DNA of 64,000 nucleotides from an uncultured Acidobacteriota bacterium (GCA_963840225.1 CAWIYH010000004.1:30383-94382), one strand, 5' to 3'; shown: positions 47,254 through 61,653, counted from the first letter of the stretch. Numbers and translations are program-made. Notes: generated by a model not told the origin, from the letters alone.

Positions 47254-48297
47254 TCACGAACCAGACGTGCGCGGTCTGTTGTGGTCCGTCACGCCGACGG
47301 CTTCGAATACCGGACGCAGCGCCTGGCGATACGACGCGACGAGGTCGTGATAGCCGAGCCTGACTACTGAAAACGGAAGCGGTGCAAAGTGCGCCGTCCA
47401 TGCCCCGGAAAACCGGATGAATCCCGCGGTCGCTGTGAGCGGCGTCTGCCGATAGTCGACGATTGTTCTCAGTGCGCTACAGCGCGGTATGTCCGGCAGC
47501 GACACATTGACCGTCCGACGCACGTCCTCCGACAATCGGCGGTAAGCGTTCAACGAAAGATTCATCACGAGTAGCACCAGCCGTTCCGGCTGCAGCGTTT
47601 CGAACGCCTGCCGGCATTCCCACTCGAGGCCGGATCCCGATCCGACCCTGACCACAACGAGCGCCGCGGTCCGCATTTGGTCCTGAACGACCGCTCGCCA
47701 CGCCTGGTCGGACGCATACATGCGGGCCGCTCCGGGGACCGGGAGCGGCTCGCCCGGCTGGCCGATTGCGACCAGCGTGCCAATGGGGCGCAGGGCCTCT
47801 GCCAGATCTTCTTCGTCGGTCGACAGCCCGGTTTGCAGTACTTTGCCCGCGCGTGACGTATCCGAACCGAACGCCCGGAGGTACAGCACCGTCGGGCCCG
47901 ATCGCTGATCCGCGCGCGTCGCCCGCACCGAGCGCCTTGCCTGGAGCCGGCGTCCTTTGAAATGAAGGAGGATGCCCACGATCATCAGGAACGCACCGAG
48001 CAAAGACGCTGGGTTCTCTTCGACATCGCCAAGGACGCCGTACAGAATCGCGCCCACCACGATCGCCGCAATTCCCGCGACCTTCAAGCCGGTGCCAGAC
48101 ACCTGCGTACGCCTCCAGCCGTCGACCCCTCGCAGGCGCCTGCGCGGCTCCCACGCGAGGTCTGCTACACCGGGCCAGCGCAGTCCTGCAGGCTGCGCAC
48201 CGAACGAACCGCTGCGGTCTGAAACCCAGCCACAGATCCGATTCGGTTGGAACATTCCACGGCCGGGCTGACTGACTTCGTTACTGGCAAGTGTCAC
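47254..48297 (-). CDS. uncharacterised two-TM membrane protein with a C-terminal alpha/beta (TIR-like?) domain
   Basis: 347 aa from GTG 48297 (or the ATG at 48255). TM helices are LKVAGIAAIVVGAILYGVLG and LLGAFLMIVGILLHF. These are followed by TVLYLRAFGSDTS...LVAIGQPGEPLPVPGAARMYASDQAWRAVVQDQMRTAALVVVRVGSGSGLEWECRQAFETLQPERLVLLV. Confidence 0.6.
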   Translation of the reverse strand: MTLASNEVSQPGRGMFQPNRICGWVSDRSGSFGAQPAGLRWPGVADLAWEPRRRLRGVDGWRRTQVSGTGLKVAGIAAIVVGAILYGVLGDVEENPASLLGAFLMIVGILLHFKGRRLQARRSVRATRADQRSGPTVLYLRAFGSDTSRAGKVLQTGLSTDEEDLAEALRPIGTLVAIGQPGEPLPVPGAARMYASDQAWRAVVQDQMRTAALVVVRVGSGSGLEWECRQAFETLQPERLVLLVMNLSLNAYRRLSEDVRRTVNVSLPDIPRCSALRTIVDYRQTPLTATAGFIRFSGAWTAHFAPLPFSVVRLGYHDLVASYRQALRPVFEAVGVTDHNRPRTSGS

Positions 48298-48841
48298 CCA
48301 TCCATTTGGCCGTGAACGTCGACTTCATCGTCATGGGATGATCGCCGGCGCCCATCGACATGTCGAACGTGCCCTTGACGCTTTCGGTCGAGAGGACGTC
48401 GACGTGCATCTGGCCGGTGCTCGGCATCGAGCCGTTGCACGAGAACTTCACGTCCTGCACCGACGCGGTGCTCTTGACGACCGTGTAGTCGCAGTTCTCG
48501 TCGTTCTGCTGCAGCTTGAAGAGCGGCTGCGACAGGTCCTTTTTCGTCACGCAGTACGTGTCGACGCTCTGTTTCACGTTCGCGGCCGAACTGGCCATCA
48601 CGGCTGCCATCTGCGCCTTCATTTCCGGCGTCAGCTTACTCGTGTCGACGCCCATGCTCGACAGATCCGGGGCGCCGGACATCTGGGTGGACGAGGTCAC
48701 CTGCCACGAGCCGGCCTTGACGTTCGGCGCCTGGACGGGCGCCATGGTCTTCTGCTGCGCGTGAACGAGGCTGACGGCGAACAGTCCGATCACAGGAACG
48801 GTCACGGCAGACAGACGAAGCAATTGCTGCAGACGTGTCAT
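48281..48841 (-). CDS. secreted DUF3617-like protein
   Basis: 186 aa with signal peptide LSAVTVPVIGLFAVSLVHAQQ. KAGSWQVTSS...YCVTKKD...NCDYTVV...FSCNG...DTCQ (four or five conserved-looking Cys). Visibly lower GC than its neighbours. Confidence 0.6.
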   Translation of the reverse strand: MTRLQQLLRLSAVTVPVIGLFAVSLVHAQQKTMAPVQAPNVKAGSWQVTSSTQMSGAPDLSSMGVDTSKLTPEMKAQMAAVMASSAANVKQSVDTYCVTKKDLSQPLFKLQQNDENCDYTVVKSTASVQDVKFSCNGSMPSTGQMHVDVLSTESVKGTFDMSMGAGDHPMTMKSTFTAKWMGDTCQ

Positions 48842-49356
48842 AGAACCCTCGGAAAGAATGGCGCGCGCTCGTGACGCGCGGAAGCCGGTGGACGCCAGGC
48901 AATTCTACCCCAGCGCCGGACCAGCCGCCTGGCCGACGTTGGGCTGACGTGGCGACGAAACTCGTTGCGGCCCGCTGCTAAGTCTGTGTATGGCTGTTGT
49001 CTGGAACGAAACTGTACCTACAGTGCCGCATCGAATCACCGCACCGCCTGGGGCCTGGAACGAACGCACCTCGGACTCGGTGACATCGGCGACACGCTCG
49101 GCACAGACCTGTGCGGAGACGGGAGCCAACCGTTCGACGCAGTGCCCGTGAACCAGCTGCGCCTCTTCGGACCCGGCGGAGTAGCGTCAAACCGCGAGTC
49201 GGGGATCATCCTCGCCAGCGTTCATGAGCACCGACATCGTTTCGATCCACACGATGCGCTGGTGTGGTGGCGGCACAGACTGCTAGTTTAGAATCCAGGT
49301 GCCGGCGAGGTCGTGTACGGATCGGCGCGCCGCTCGGCGCGCCGCGGGAGGCTGAG

Positions 49357-50385
49357 ATGAACGAATACATCGACGTCACCTTTCGCAAGCCCGATGGCCG
49401 CCGCCTGCGGGTCGCCCGCCAGACCCCCAACGGCCTCGAGTTCGACGAGCGCGATCCGATCGAGCGCACGATCGGCCTCCAGCTGAACGGCCGCAGCGAG
49501 GCCACCCGCCAGCGCATGCGCCGCATCGCGCAGGTCAAGGGCTGGGGCCTCGAACAGTTCAAGCTCAATGTCTCGGTCGAGGACGGCAACCTGGTCCTGC
49601 GCGGCGCGGATCCCGACGCGCTGCCCGAAGGCTTCTACAACCTGCGCGTCGAAGTCGAAGAGGCGCGCACGCGGCAGCCGCGCACGAGCGTCGAGATCGA
49701 GCAGGACGGCCACGCGGAGATCGATGTCGTCGTCGTCGAGGACACCCGCGACGTCGCCGTGGATCTCGAGGAGTGCGATCCCGACATTCGACGCGTGCTC
49801 GACGCCTCGACGATCGACGGACAGGATGCCGCGACGTGGCTCGCCTCGCCGCTGTGGCGTCCCACCCGCAAGGCCTGTCTGCTCAACCTGCTGGCGTCGC
49901 TCCGGTCGCGCCCGAAGCTGTCGGAGTCGCTCATCGGCCACGTCGAGCACGTCTTCGCCGTCTTCAACGACCGCGCCTACATGCGCGTGGACCGGCGCCT
50001 GCTGCCCGACGTCGAGGATCTCGCAAAGGCCGACGACCTGCCGTTCTACCGCGAAGGCAGGCCGCTCGCGCCGATTCACGCGGGCCTGACGAGCACCCTC
50101 CCCGAGCCGCCCGACGTCAAGGCGCGGTTCCAGGGCCTCCTCAGCTTCCGGGGCGAAGGGAAGCCGTCGCTCCAGATGGTCGTTGCCGTGCCGCCCGTCG
50201 ATCTGCCGCACACCTATGCGGAGTTCGATCTCGACGCGGGCAATCCGCTCCAGGACGTCGTCGGCTTCGCCGTGCACATGGGCGAGCTCCTCAGCGGCAG
50301 GCCGACCAATCACCTCGACCTCCGTGAGCGCCTCGCGAAGACGAAGGCGAAGAGCTTCCTGTACTACACCGTCTTCGCCGCGTAG
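49357..50385 (+). CDS. hypothetical protein (342 aa), no recognisable domain
   Basis: ATG at 49357 behind GGGAGG. The composition is balanced and coding-like (MNEYIDVTFRKPDGRRLRVARQTPNGLEFDERDPIERT...YAEFDLDAGNPLQDVVGFAVHMGELL...). Confidence 0.6.
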   Translation: MNEYIDVTFRKPDGRRLRVARQTPNGLEFDERDPIERTIGLQLNGRSEATRQRMRRIAQVKGWGLEQFKLNVSVEDGNLVLRGADPDALPEGFYNLRVEVEEARTRQPRTSVEIEQDGHAEIDVVVVEDTRDVAVDLEECDPDIRRVLDASTIDGQDAATWLASPLWRPTRKACLLNLLASLRSRPKLSESLIGHVEHVFAVFNDRAYMRVDRRLLPDVEDLAKADDLPFYREGRPLAPIHAGLTSTLPEPPDVKARFQGLLSFRGEGKPSLQMVVAVPPVDLPHTYAEFDLDAGNPLQDVVGFAVHMGELLSGRPTNHLDLRERLAKTKAKSFLYYTVFAA

Positions 50386-50534
50386 CGCCGCGCCCGCTGG
50401 CGATCCCATGCTCCCGGTTCGTTGACACCCACCTTGCGCACGCCCACGCGGCAACCGCGCGGGTGCGCGGCCGGTTTGCTGCGGCGCGCGTCGTGGACTA
50501 CGCTGTGGTTTGCGTTCGGTGCGGAGTCGGACCC

Positions 50535-53033
<2,499 letters not shown>

Positions 53034-53051
53034 AGAAGGGAGGTCATCGTC

Positions 53052-55475
53052 TTGCCGCGAACGTCGTTGTCAAGCAAGCAGCTCGAGCGGATGGATGCCT
53101 ACTGGCGAGCCGCGAACTACCTGTCGGTCGGCCAGATCTACCTGCTCGACAACCCCCTCCTGAAGTCTTCCCTCAAGCCCGCGCACATCAAGCCACGGCT
53201 CCTCGGGCACTGGGGGACGACGCCGGGCCTGAACTTCGTCTACGTGCACCTGAATCGCGTCATCACGTCGCACGACCTGGACATGATCCTCGTCGTCGGA
53301 CCCGGCCACGGCGGTCCGGCCATCGTCGCGAACACCTACCTGGAAGGCACGTACAGCGAGCTCTTCCCGAACGTCTCGCGCGACGAGCGGGGGATGAAGC
53401 GCCTCTTCAAGCAGTTCTCGTTTCCAGGCGGCATCCCGAGCCACTGCGCGCCGGAGACGCCCGGCTCGATCAACGAGGGAGGCGAACTCGGGTATAGCCT
53501 GGCCCACGCCAGCGGGGCGGCGTTCGACAACCCGAACCTGTTGGTCGCCTGCATCGTCGGCGACGGCGAGGCGGAGACCGGCGCGCTGGCCGCGAGCTGG
53601 CACTCGAACAAGTTCCTCAATCCGGTCCGCGACGGCGCCGTGCTGCCGATCCTCCACCTGAACGGCTACAAGATCGCGAATCCGACGGTGCTCGCGCGCA
53701 TGCCGCGCGAGGAGCTCGAACGCCTGCTGCGCGGGTACGGCTACGAGCCGATCCACGTCGAAGGCGACGAGCCCATGACGATGCACCGGCTGATGGCGGG
53801 GGCGCTGGACCGCGCGGTCGCGCGCATCGCGCGGATTCAGGAGGAGGCTCGCGCGAAGGGGCTCGGCGCGCGGCCCACCTGGCCGCTGGTCGTGCTGCGT
53901 TCGCCGAAAGGCTGGACGGGGCCGAAGGTCGTCGACGGGCTGAAGGTCGAGGGCACCTTCCGGTCGCACCAGGTGCCGCTCGCCGAGGTCCGGACCAATC
54001 CGGCGCACCTGAAGCAGCTCGATCGCTGGATGCGGAGCTACCGGCCCGCCGAGCTCTTCGACGACGATGGCGCGCTGAGGGCGGAGCTGGCGGAGCTGGC
54101 GCCGAAGGGCGACCGGCGGCTCGGCGCGAACCCCCACGCCAACGGCGGCCTGCTCCTGAAGGATCTGCGCATGCCGGACTTCCGCGACTACGCGGTGGCC
54201 GTGCCGCGTCCCGGCGCGACGAGGGCCGAAGCCACCCGCGTCGCCGGGGCGTTCCTGCGCGACATCCTGAAGGCGAACTGGGACGAGCGCAACTTCCGCG
54301 TCTTCGGCGCCGACGAAACGGCCTCCAACCGGCTGAGCCACCTGTTCGACGTCACCGATCGCACCTGGTTGTCGGAGGTGCTCCCCTCCGACGACCACCT
54401 CGCGCCGGACGGCCGCGTCATGGAGATCCTGAGCGAACACCTGTGCCAGGGGTGGCTCGAGGGCTACCTGCTGACCGGGCGGCACGGCCTCTTCTCGTCG
54501 TACGAAGCCTTCATCCATATCGTCGACTCGATGTTCAACCAGCACGCGAAATGGCTGAAGACAACGCGCGCCATCCCGTGGCGCCGGCCGATTGCGTCGC
54601 TGAACTACCTGCTGACCTCGCATGTCTGGCGCCAGGATCACAATGGCTTCAGCCACCAGGATCCAGGCTTCATCGATCACGTCGTCAACAAGAAGGCCGA
54701 CGTCATCCGGGTGTACCTTCCGCCCGACGCGAACACGCTGCTGTCGGTCGTCGACCACTGCCTGAGGAGCCGGCACTACGTGAACGTGATCGTCGCCGGC
54801 AAGCAGCCCGAGCTGCAGTGGCTCGACATGGACGCCGCCGTGAAGCACTGCACGGCCGGCATCGGCATGTGGCCGTGGGCGAGCAGCGACCTGGGCGGCG
54901 AGCCCGACGTCGTCATGGCGTGCGCCGGCGACGTGCCGACGCTCGAGACGCTCGCGGCGGTCGAGCTGCTCCGTGAGCATGTACCCGAACTCAAGGTCCG
55001 CCTCGTCAACGTCGTCGATCTCATGACGCTGCAGCCCCGGAGCGAGCATCCCCACGGCCTGAGCGATCGCGACTTCGACGTCCTGTTCACCAAAGACAGG
55101 CCGATCATCTTCGCGTTTCACGGCTACCCCTGGCTGATTCACCGTCTCACATACCGGCGGGCGAATCACGCCAACCTGCACGTGCGCGGCTACAAGGAAG
55201 AAGGGACGACGACGACGCCGTTCGACATGGTGCGGCTGAACGATCTCGATCGGTTCCACCTGGTCGGCGATGTGATCAGCCGCGTGCCGGGCCTGGGCGC
55301 GCGCGCCGCGTACGCCCAGCAGTTCCTGCGCGACAAGCTGCTCGACCACGAGCGTTACATCCACCAGTACGGTGAGGACATGCCCGAGATTCGCGAATGG
55401 CGGTGGAACGGCGGAGGTCCGGCGGGTCCGAAGGCGCCGGGGCGGCGGCGCCGCGCGTCCGGTCGCGGGCGATGA
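53052..55475 (+). CDS. xfp: xylulose-5-phosphate/fructose-6-phosphate phosphoketolase
   Basis: 807 aa. The TTG start is 8 nt after [32 protein letters not shown]...[11 protein letters not shown]...EGGELGYSL... is the phosphoketolase hallmark. Confidence 0.9.
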   Translation: MPRTSLSSKQLERMDAYWRAANYLSVGQIYLLDNPLLKSSLKPAHIKPRLLGHWGTTPGLNFVYVHLNRVITSHDLDMILVVGPGHGGPAIVANTYLEGTYSELFPNVSRDERGMKRLFKQFSFPGGIPSHCAPETPGSINEGGELGYSLAHASGAAFDNPNLLVACIVGDGEAETGALAASWHSNKFLNPVRDGAVLPILHLNGYKIANPTVLARMPREELERLLRGYGYEPIHVEGDEPMTMHRLMAGALDRAVARIARIQEEARAKGLGARPTWPLVVLRSPKGWTGPKVVDGLKVEGTFRSHQVPLAEVRTNPAHLKQLDRWMRSYRPAELFDDDGALRAELAELAPKGDRRLGANPHANGGLLLKDLRMPDFRDYAVAVPRPGATRAEATRVAGAFLRDILKANWDERNFRVFGADETASNRLSHLFDVTDRTWLSEVLPSDDHLAPDGRVMEILSEHLCQGWLEGYLLTGRHGLFSSYEAFIHIVDSMFNQHAKWLKTTRAIPWRRPIASLNYLLTSHVWRQDHNGFSHQDPGFIDHVVNKKADVIRVYLPPDANTLLSVVDHCLRSRHYVNVIVAGKQPELQWLDMDAAVKHCTAGIGMWPWASSDLGGEPDVVMACAGDVPTLETLAAVELLREHVPELKVRLVNVVDLMTLQPRSEHPHGLSDRDFDVLFTKDRPIIFAFHGYPWLIHRLTYRRANHANLHVRGYKEEGTTTTPFDMVRLNDLDRFHLVGDVISRVPGLGARAAYAQQFLRDKLLDHERYIHQYGEDMPEIREWRWNGGGPAGPKAPGRRRRASGRGR

Positions 55476-57148
55476 CCGAGGGGATCGAGCGAGGTGCGGG
55501 CCGTCCGGCCGACCCGTCGATTCTGGTCGACGTCGGGAGGCTGGTGGCGGCGTACTACGACGAGCGCCCCGATCCCTCCCGCGCCGCCGAGCGGGTCGTG
55601 TTCGGGACGTCGGGCCATCGCGGGTCGTCGTTCGACCGTGCGTTCAACGAGTGGCACATCCTCGCGATCACGCAGGCCATCTGCGAGCACCGGCACGGGC
55701 AGGGCATCGACGGCCCGCTCTTCATCGGGTGGGACACGCACGCCCTCTCTCAACCGGCGGGGGCGAGCGCGCTGGAGGTGCTCGCGGCCAACGGCGTGGA
55801 CGTCATGACGGCCGGCCCCGCCGCGTTCACGCCGACGCCCGCCGTATCTCATGCGATCCTCGTCCACAACCGCGGGCGGACGAGCGGCCGCGCCGACGGG
55901 ATCGTCGTCACGCCGTCACACAACCCGCCGGAGGACGGCGGCTTCAAGTACAACCCGCCACACGGCGGGCCCGCCGACTCGCGCGTGACGTCGTGGATCG
56001 AGCAGCGTGCGAACCAGCTGCTGTCGAGCGGGCTGGCCGGTGTCCGGCGGATGCCCGCCGACCAGGCGCGCCGCGCGCCGACCACCCATCGGCATCCCTA
56101 CCTGGAGCGCTACGTCGGCGACCTCGGCGCCGTGCTCGACATGGACGTGATCCGCGGCTCCGGCCTGACGATCGGCGTCGATCCGCTGGGCGGCGCGGGC
56201 GTGCGCTACTGGCCCGCGATCGCCGAGCGCTACGGCCTGAACCTGACGGTCGTGAACGACGCCGTCGACCCGACGTTCCGCTTCATGACCGTCGACTGGG
56301 ACGGCCGGATCCGGATGGACCCCTCCTCGCCGTACGCGATGCAGCGCCTGATCGGCCTCAGGGACCGGTTCGACGTCGCCGTCGCGTGCGACACCGACCA
56401 CGATCGGCACGGCGTGGTCACGCGCAGCGCGGGCCTGCTGCCGCCGAACCACTACCTCGCGGTGTGCATCGACTACCTGGTCGGCGCGCGCCCGGGATGG
56501 AGCCGCACCGCGGCCATCGGGAAGACCCTGGTCAGCAGCAGCGTCATCGATCGGGTCGCGGCGGCGCGCCAGCGTGCCGTCTACGAGGTGCCGGTCGGCT
56601 TCAAGTGGTTCGTGGACGGGTTGCTGAGCGGGTCGCTCGGCTTCGCCGGAGAGGAGAGCGCCGGCGCGTCGTTCGCGCGTCGCGACGGCACGGTGTGGAC
56701 CACCGACAAGGACGGCATCACGGCGGCGCTGCTCGCGGCTGAAATCACGGCGCGGTCCGGCCGCGATCCCGGCGAGCGGTATCGCGCGCTGACGCGGGAG
56801 GCCGGCGATCCGGTCTACGCACGCATCGAGGTTCCGGCCACCGCGGAGGAGAAGCGCGTGCTCGGAGCGCTCTCGGAGGCCGACATCCACGGCTCGGAGC
56901 TGGCGGGCGAACCGATCGAGAAGGTCCTCACCGTGGCGCCCGGCGACGGCCAGCCGATTGGCGGGGTGAAGGTCGTCGCCAGAAACGGCTGGTTCGCCGC
57001 CCGTCCGTCGGGCACCGAGGATCTCTACAAGATCTACGGCGAGAGCTTCCTCGGTGCGGCGCACCTGGGCCGCATCCAGGACGAAGCGCGCGCGATGGTC
57101 GCACGTGCGCTCTCCCGTCGCGTGCCCGCGGCGCCGCCACGCCCATGA
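55472..57148 (+). CDS. pgm: alpha-D-glucose phosphate-specific phosphoglucomutase
   Basis: ATGA overlap with xfp. [12 protein letters not shown] (active-site Ser loop), [39 protein letters not shown]. Confidence 0.9.
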   Translation: MTEGIERGAGRPADPSILVDVGRLVAAYYDERPDPSRAAERVVFGTSGHRGSSFDRAFNEWHILAITQAICEHRHGQGIDGPLFIGWDTHALSQPAGASALEVLAANGVDVMTAGPAAFTPTPAVSHAILVHNRGRTSGRADGIVVTPSHNPPEDGGFKYNPPHGGPADSRVTSWIEQRANQLLSSGLAGVRRMPADQARRAPTTHRHPYLERYVGDLGAVLDMDVIRGSGLTIGVDPLGGAGVRYWPAIAERYGLNLTVVNDAVDPTFRFMTVDWDGRIRMDPSSPYAMQRLIGLRDRFDVAVACDTDHDRHGVVTRSAGLLPPNHYLAVCIDYLVGARPGWSRTAAIGKTLVSSSVIDRVAAARQRAVYEVPVGFKWFVDGLLSGSLGFAGEESAGASFARRDGTVWTTDKDGITAALLAAEITARSGRDPGERYRALTREAGDPVYARIEVPATAEEKRVLGALSEADIHGSELAGEPIEKVLTVAPGDGQPIGGVKVVARNGWFAARPSGTEDLYKIYGESFLGAAHLGRIQDEARAMVARALSRRVPAAPPRP

Positions 57149-59679
57149 ACCCTCCGCCCTACACGCGGCGAGCGACAGAGACGGCCGGACCGGACGCGCT
57201 CGCCGAGCTCGCCCTCGACCTGAGCTGGGGCTACAACCACGCGACCGACGCCGTCTGGCATCGTCTCGACCCGGTGCTCTGGGATCTGACGCGCAACCCC
57301 TGGCTCGTCCTGCAGACGGTGTCGCACGACCGGCTCGAAGCGGTGACCGCCGACGCCGACTTCCGCCGGGTCATCGAGGATCTGGTGCGCGAGCGGCGGC
57401 GCGCCGCCGAGTCGCCGGCCTGGTTCCAGCAGGCGCACCCGCACGCCGCGCTCGACGGCGTCGCGTACTTCAGCATGGAGTTCATGCTGAGCGAAGCGCT
57501 GCCGATCTACTCGGGCGGCCTCGGCAACGTGGCCGGCGACCAGCTCAAGACGGCGAGCGACCTGGGCGTGCCGGTGATCGGCGTGGGGTTGCTCTATCAG
57601 CAGGGCTACTTCCGCCAGGAGATCGACGCCCGGGGGCGCCAGCGCGCGGCGTTTCCCTTCAACGATCCCGGTCAGCTGCCGATCAGGCCGCTGCGCGAGG
57701 CAAACGGCGAGTGGGTGCGCTTTCCGCTCCCGTTTCCCGGCCGCGCCTTGTGGGTTCGCGCATGGCAGGCGCAGATCGGCCGGGTCCGGCTGCTCCTGCT
57801 CGACACGAACGACCCGGCGAACACGCCGGCCAATCGCGGCATCACGGGCGAGCTGTACGGCGGCGACGCCGAGCAGCGCCTGCGCCAGGAGATCGTCCTG
57901 GGCATCGGCGGCTGGAGGCTCCTGCACGTCATCGGCGAGCGGCCGGACGTGTGCCACCTGAACGAGGGGCACGCCGCGTTCGCGGTCCTCGAGCGCGCCC
58001 GCTGCCACAGGGAGGTCGCGGGCACGGCCTTCGACCTGGCCCTGACGATCACGCGGGCCGGCAATCTGTTCACCACTCATACGCCGGTCGATGCGGGCTT
58101 CGACCGGTTCGACGCCAGTCTGATGGAGCGCTACCTCAGGCCGTACGCCGAACACGAGCTCGGCGCCGACTTCGACGACCTCCTCGCACTGGGCCGGCGC
58201 GATCCGCGCAACGGCGGGGAGCCGTTCAATATGGCATATCTCGCGATGCGGGGCAGCGGCGCGGTCAACGCGGTGAGCCGGCTCCACGGCGCGGTCAGCC
58301 GGCGCATCTTCCAGCCGCTGTTTTTGCGCTGGCCCGAGGGCGAGGTGCCGGTTTCGCACGTGACCAACGGCGTGCACATGCCGACCTGGGATTCGGTCGA
58401 CGCCGACCGCTTGTGGGAGACCGCCTGCGGCAAGGAGCGCTGGCGGCGGCCGACCGCGGCGCTGGCGGCCGAAATCCGGTGCGTGAGCGACCGCGACCTG
58501 TGGAGCCTGCGGACGGCAGTCCGGGCGTCGTTCGTCGAGTTCGTGCGCGAGCGGCTCGGCCGTCAGCTCGAGGAACAGGGCGTGGCGACGGCTGACGCCC
58601 GCCGCTCGGCGACGGTCTTCGACCCCGCGGTGCTCACCGTCGGCTTCGCGCGGCGCTTCGCGACCTACAAGCGTCCGAACCTGTTGCTGGACGACCCGGA
58701 TCGGCTCGCGCGGATCCTGACCAACGACCGCCGGCCCGTGCAGCTCGTGGTCGCCGGCAAGGCGCACCCGGCCGATGGCGGCGGGCAGGCGCTCCTCGCC
58801 GGATGGATGGCCTTCCTGCGGCGGTCCGACGTGCGCGGGCGCGTCGTGTTCCTCGTCGACTACGACATGCTGATGGCCGAGCGGCTCGTCGCGGGGATCG
58901 ACCTGTGGATCAATACGCCCCGCCGCGGATGGGAGGCGTCCGGCACCAGCGGCATGAAGGTGCTGGTCAACGGGGGCCTCAACCTGTCGGAGCTCGACGG
59001 CTGGTGGGCGGAAGCGTACGCACCGGGAGTCGGCCGGGCGCTCGGCGGCCGGTCCGACATCCGAAGCGACGCCGACACCGATGCGGCCGATGCCGAGGAC
59101 CTGTACGAGCTGCTCGAAGGGGAGGGGACGTCGGCATTCTACACGCGCGACGCGGACGGCATCCCCCCGGCGTGGGTCGCGCGGATGCGCCAGAGTATGG
59201 CGCAACTGACGCCGGCGTATTCGGCCAATCGAGCCGTCCGCGAGTACCTCGAAGCGCACTACCTGCGGGCGGCCGCGGCCTATCGCGCGCGCGCCTCGGA
59301 CGCGGCCTCCGCGGCGCGCCTGCTGGCCTGGCGCCAGAACCTCGAGCGGGCCTGGCCGACCGCGCGCTTCGACGGCGTGGAGGTGTCTTCGACCACCAGC
59401 CGCCACGCGTTTCGAGTCCGCCTGGATCTCGGCGCCCTCGACCCGGAGGCCGTCCAGGTGGAGCTCTATGCCGAGGGGAGGGACGGCGCGCCGGCCGAGC
59501 GTCAGCCGATGGTTCGCGGCGACCGCCTGGCGGCGCTGTCGAACGGATTCGTCTACACCGCCGACGTGCCGGCGTCGCGACCGTCCAGCGACTTCACGCC
59601 GCGGCTCCGCCCGGCCCATGCCGATGCGGCCGTGCCGCTCGAGGCGCCGCTCATTCTCTGGTGCGACCCTCCGCGGTGA
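57145..59679 (+). CDS. glgP: alpha-glucan phosphorylase (GT35, GlgP-like)
   Basis: ATGA overlap with pgm. [52 protein letters not shown]...[25 protein letters not shown]. Confidence 0.9.
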   Translation: MNPPPYTRRATETAGPDALAELALDLSWGYNHATDAVWHRLDPVLWDLTRNPWLVLQTVSHDRLEAVTADADFRRVIEDLVRERRRAAESPAWFQQAHPHAALDGVAYFSMEFMLSEALPIYSGGLGNVAGDQLKTASDLGVPVIGVGLLYQQGYFRQEIDARGRQRAAFPFNDPGQLPIRPLREANGEWVRFPLPFPGRALWVRAWQAQIGRVRLLLLDTNDPANTPANRGITGELYGGDAEQRLRQEIVLGIGGWRLLHVIGERPDVCHLNEGHAAFAVLERARCHREVAGTAFDLALTITRAGNLFTTHTPVDAGFDRFDASLMERYLRPYAEHELGADFDDLLALGRRDPRNGGEPFNMAYLAMRGSGAVNAVSRLHGAVSRRIFQPLFLRWPEGEVPVSHVTNGVHMPTWDSVDADRLWETACGKERWRRPTAALAAEIRCVSDRDLWSLRTAVRASFVEFVRERLGRQLEEQGVATADARRSATVFDPAVLTVGFARRFATYKRPNLLLDDPDRLARILTNDRRPVQLVVAGKAHPADGGGQALLAGWMAFLRRSDVRGRVVFLVDYDMLMAERLVAGIDLWINTPRRGWEASGTSGMKVLVNGGLNLSELDGWWAEAYAPGVGRALGGRSDIRSDADTDAADAEDLYELLEGEGTSAFYTRDADGIPPAWVARMRQSMAQLTPAYSANRAVREYLEAHYLRAAAAYRARASDAASAARLLAWRQNLERAWPTARFDGVEVSSTTSRHAFRVRLDLGALDPEAVQVELYAEGRDGAPAERQPMVRGDRLAALSNGFVYTADVPASRPSSDFTPRLRPAHADAAVPLEAPLILWCDPPR

Positions 59680-60850
59680 GAACGCGCCTGGCGTGCCGGG
59701 CGAGCACCAGGTCTTCGTCGGTCTTCATCACCCGCACGACGACCCTCGTTCCCGGAGGCGAGATGATCGGCGCGTTGGCGCCGTTGCTGCCGCGGTCGAG
59801 CAGGATTCCGAAGGGCTCGAGCCCGCGCACGATTCGTTCGCGAACCTGCGCGCTGTGCTCCCCGATGCCGCCCGTGAACACCAGGGTCTCGAGGCCGCCG
59901 AGCACCGCGACGAGCGCCCCGAGCGATTTCTTCGCCTGATGGCAGAAGAGATCGACGGCCGCCGCCGCGCGGTCGTCCGTCGCCTCGCGCTCGAGCAGGT
60001 CGTGCATGTCGGGGCTCGACCCGGACACGCCCAGCAGCCCCGCGCCCTTGTTGACGAGGGCGTTGAGGTCGGCGGCGGTGAGGCGTTGCTCCCGGAGCGC
60101 GTACAGCAGCACGCCCGGATCGAGGTCGCCCGTACGCGTGCCCATCATGAGGCCGCCGGCCGGTGAGAAGCCCATCGTTGTCTCGACGCTCGCGCCGCCG
60201 TTGACGGCCGTCATGCTCGCGCCGTTGCCGAGATGCGCGACGATCAGCCGACCCCCGGCGGCAGCCGCATCGAGGTCATGGAGCGCGGCGACGATGTACT
60301 CGCACGAGAGGCCGTGAAACCCGTAGCGCCGCACGCCGGCCTTGGCGAAGCGGAGCGGAAGGGGATAGAGGCGCGCCACCGGCGGCAATCCGCGGTGAAA
60401 TGCCGTGTCGAAGCAGGCCACCTGCGGCACGTCGGGACGCGCCCGGGCGACGGCCTCGATCGCCGCGATCGCCTGCGGCAGGTGATCGGGGTCGACCGGC
60501 AGCAGCCGGCGAAGGGCTTCGACGACCTCGGGGGTCACGAGGCGCGGATCCGTGAAGTCTCCGCCGTGGACCACGCGGTGGGCGACGGCGTCGACGTGGC
60601 GGAGCGCGGGGTGGCGATCGAGCCAGTCGAAGACCGACTGAAGGGCGTGGGCGTGATCGCGGACCGCCAGATCGGAGGCGGTGGTCGTGCCGGCCGCCGC
60701 GTCCGAGAACCGGATCGTGCCCTGCGCCAGTCCGATGCGAGCCACCTGCGCCGCCGCGAGCAGCCGCTCCGTATCGTCGATGCGGTACACGGCGGCCTTC
60801 AGACTCGACGATCCCGCGTTGAGGGTGAGAACCTGCAGCGTCCCGTTCAT
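59651..60850 (-). CDS. ackA: acetate kinase
   Basis: MNGTLQVLTLNAGSSSLKAAVY...HRVVHGG...RRYGFHGLS...AHLGNGASMTAV...TMGFSPAGGLMMGTRTGDLDPG...FTGGIGEHS. Its 3' end overlaps the glgP 3' end by 29 nt (convergent). Confidence 0.9.
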   Translation of the reverse strand: MNGTLQVLTLNAGSSSLKAAVYRIDDTERLLAAAQVARIGLAQGTIRFSDAAAGTTTASDLAVRDHAHALQSVFDWLDRHPALRHVDAVAHRVVHGGDFTDPRLVTPEVVEALRRLLPVDPDHLPQAIAAIEAVARARPDVPQVACFDTAFHRGLPPVARLYPLPLRFAKAGVRRYGFHGLSCEYIVAALHDLDAAAAGGRLIVAHLGNGASMTAVNGGASVETTMGFSPAGGLMMGTRTGDLDPGVLLYALREQRLTAADLNALVNKGAGLLGVSGSSPDMHDLLEREATDDRAAAAVDLFCHQAKKSLGALVAVLGGLETLVFTGGIGEHSAQVRERIVRGLEPFGILLDRGSNGANAPIISPPGTRVVVRVMKTDEDLVLARHARRVLTAEGRTRE

Positions 60851-61006
60851 CTCACTGCATCAGACCGCCTTCACACGTCGCCGTCCAGCACAATCTTGCC
60901 GCGCGGCCGCGGCCGGCGATTGATTGACGCCAACGGCGGAAAAGACATACTTTTCGTTCGAGGACCCCGACGTGCCGCTCGTGCCGCCACCTGAAGGAGA
61001 CAACGC

Positions 61007-61591
61007 ATGACGACCCTTGATGCGAACGCCATTCTCGCCCGTGCCACGCCGCTGGCGCGGCAGGACGCGCACGAGATTCAGCCGTACGGCCACCTCGTGC
61101 GTATGCCGATCGCGCTGTCGGAAACGGCCTGCCGGCAGTCGGTCGAGAGCCTGAACCAGGTGCTGGCCGATACGATCACCCTGCGCGACCTGTACAAGAA
61201 ACATCACTGGCAGGTCGCCGGCCCGACGTTCTACCAGCTCCATCTGCTGTTCGACAAGCACGCCGAGGAGCAAAGCGGGCTCGTCGACTCAATCGCGGAG
61301 CGCATCCAGCTGCTCGGCGGCGTGAGCCTGGCGATGGCGCACGACGTCGCCGAGACCACCCTGATTCCGCGCGCGCCGAAAGGGCGGGAGGAGGTGCCGG
61401 TGCAGATCTCGCGCCTGCTGCACGCGCACCAGATCGTGCTCGAAGAGGCCCGCGCCATGGCCCGGCGCGCCGCCGAGTCGGGCGACGAGGGGACCAATGA
61501 CCTGCTGGTCAGCGACGTGATTCGCCGCAACGAGCTGCAGGTGTGGTTCGTGGCGGAGCACGTCGTGGACGCGCCGCTGGTACGGGCGTAG
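61007..61591 (+). CDS. dps: Dps-family DNA-protection/ferroxidase protein
   Basis: LRDLYKKHHWQVAGPTFYQLHLLFDKHAEEQSGLVDSIAERIQLLGG. GAAGGAG lies upstream. A possible TTGACG-N16-CATACT promoter is at 60924-60951. Confidence 0.9.
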   Translation: MTTLDANAILARATPLARQDAHEIQPYGHLVRMPIALSETACRQSVESLNQVLADTITLRDLYKKHHWQVAGPTFYQLHLLFDKHAEEQSGLVDSIAERIQLLGGVSLAMAHDVAETTLIPRAPKGREEVPVQISRLLHAHQIVLEEARAMARRAAESGDEGTNDLLVSDVIRRNELQVWFVAEHVVDAPLVRA

Positions 61592-61653
61592 AGGCGGGCG
61601 TGGCCGAGCCAATCAGGCCGTTTCCCGGGGTGAGCGCCGAGCGCGCGGGGCTG

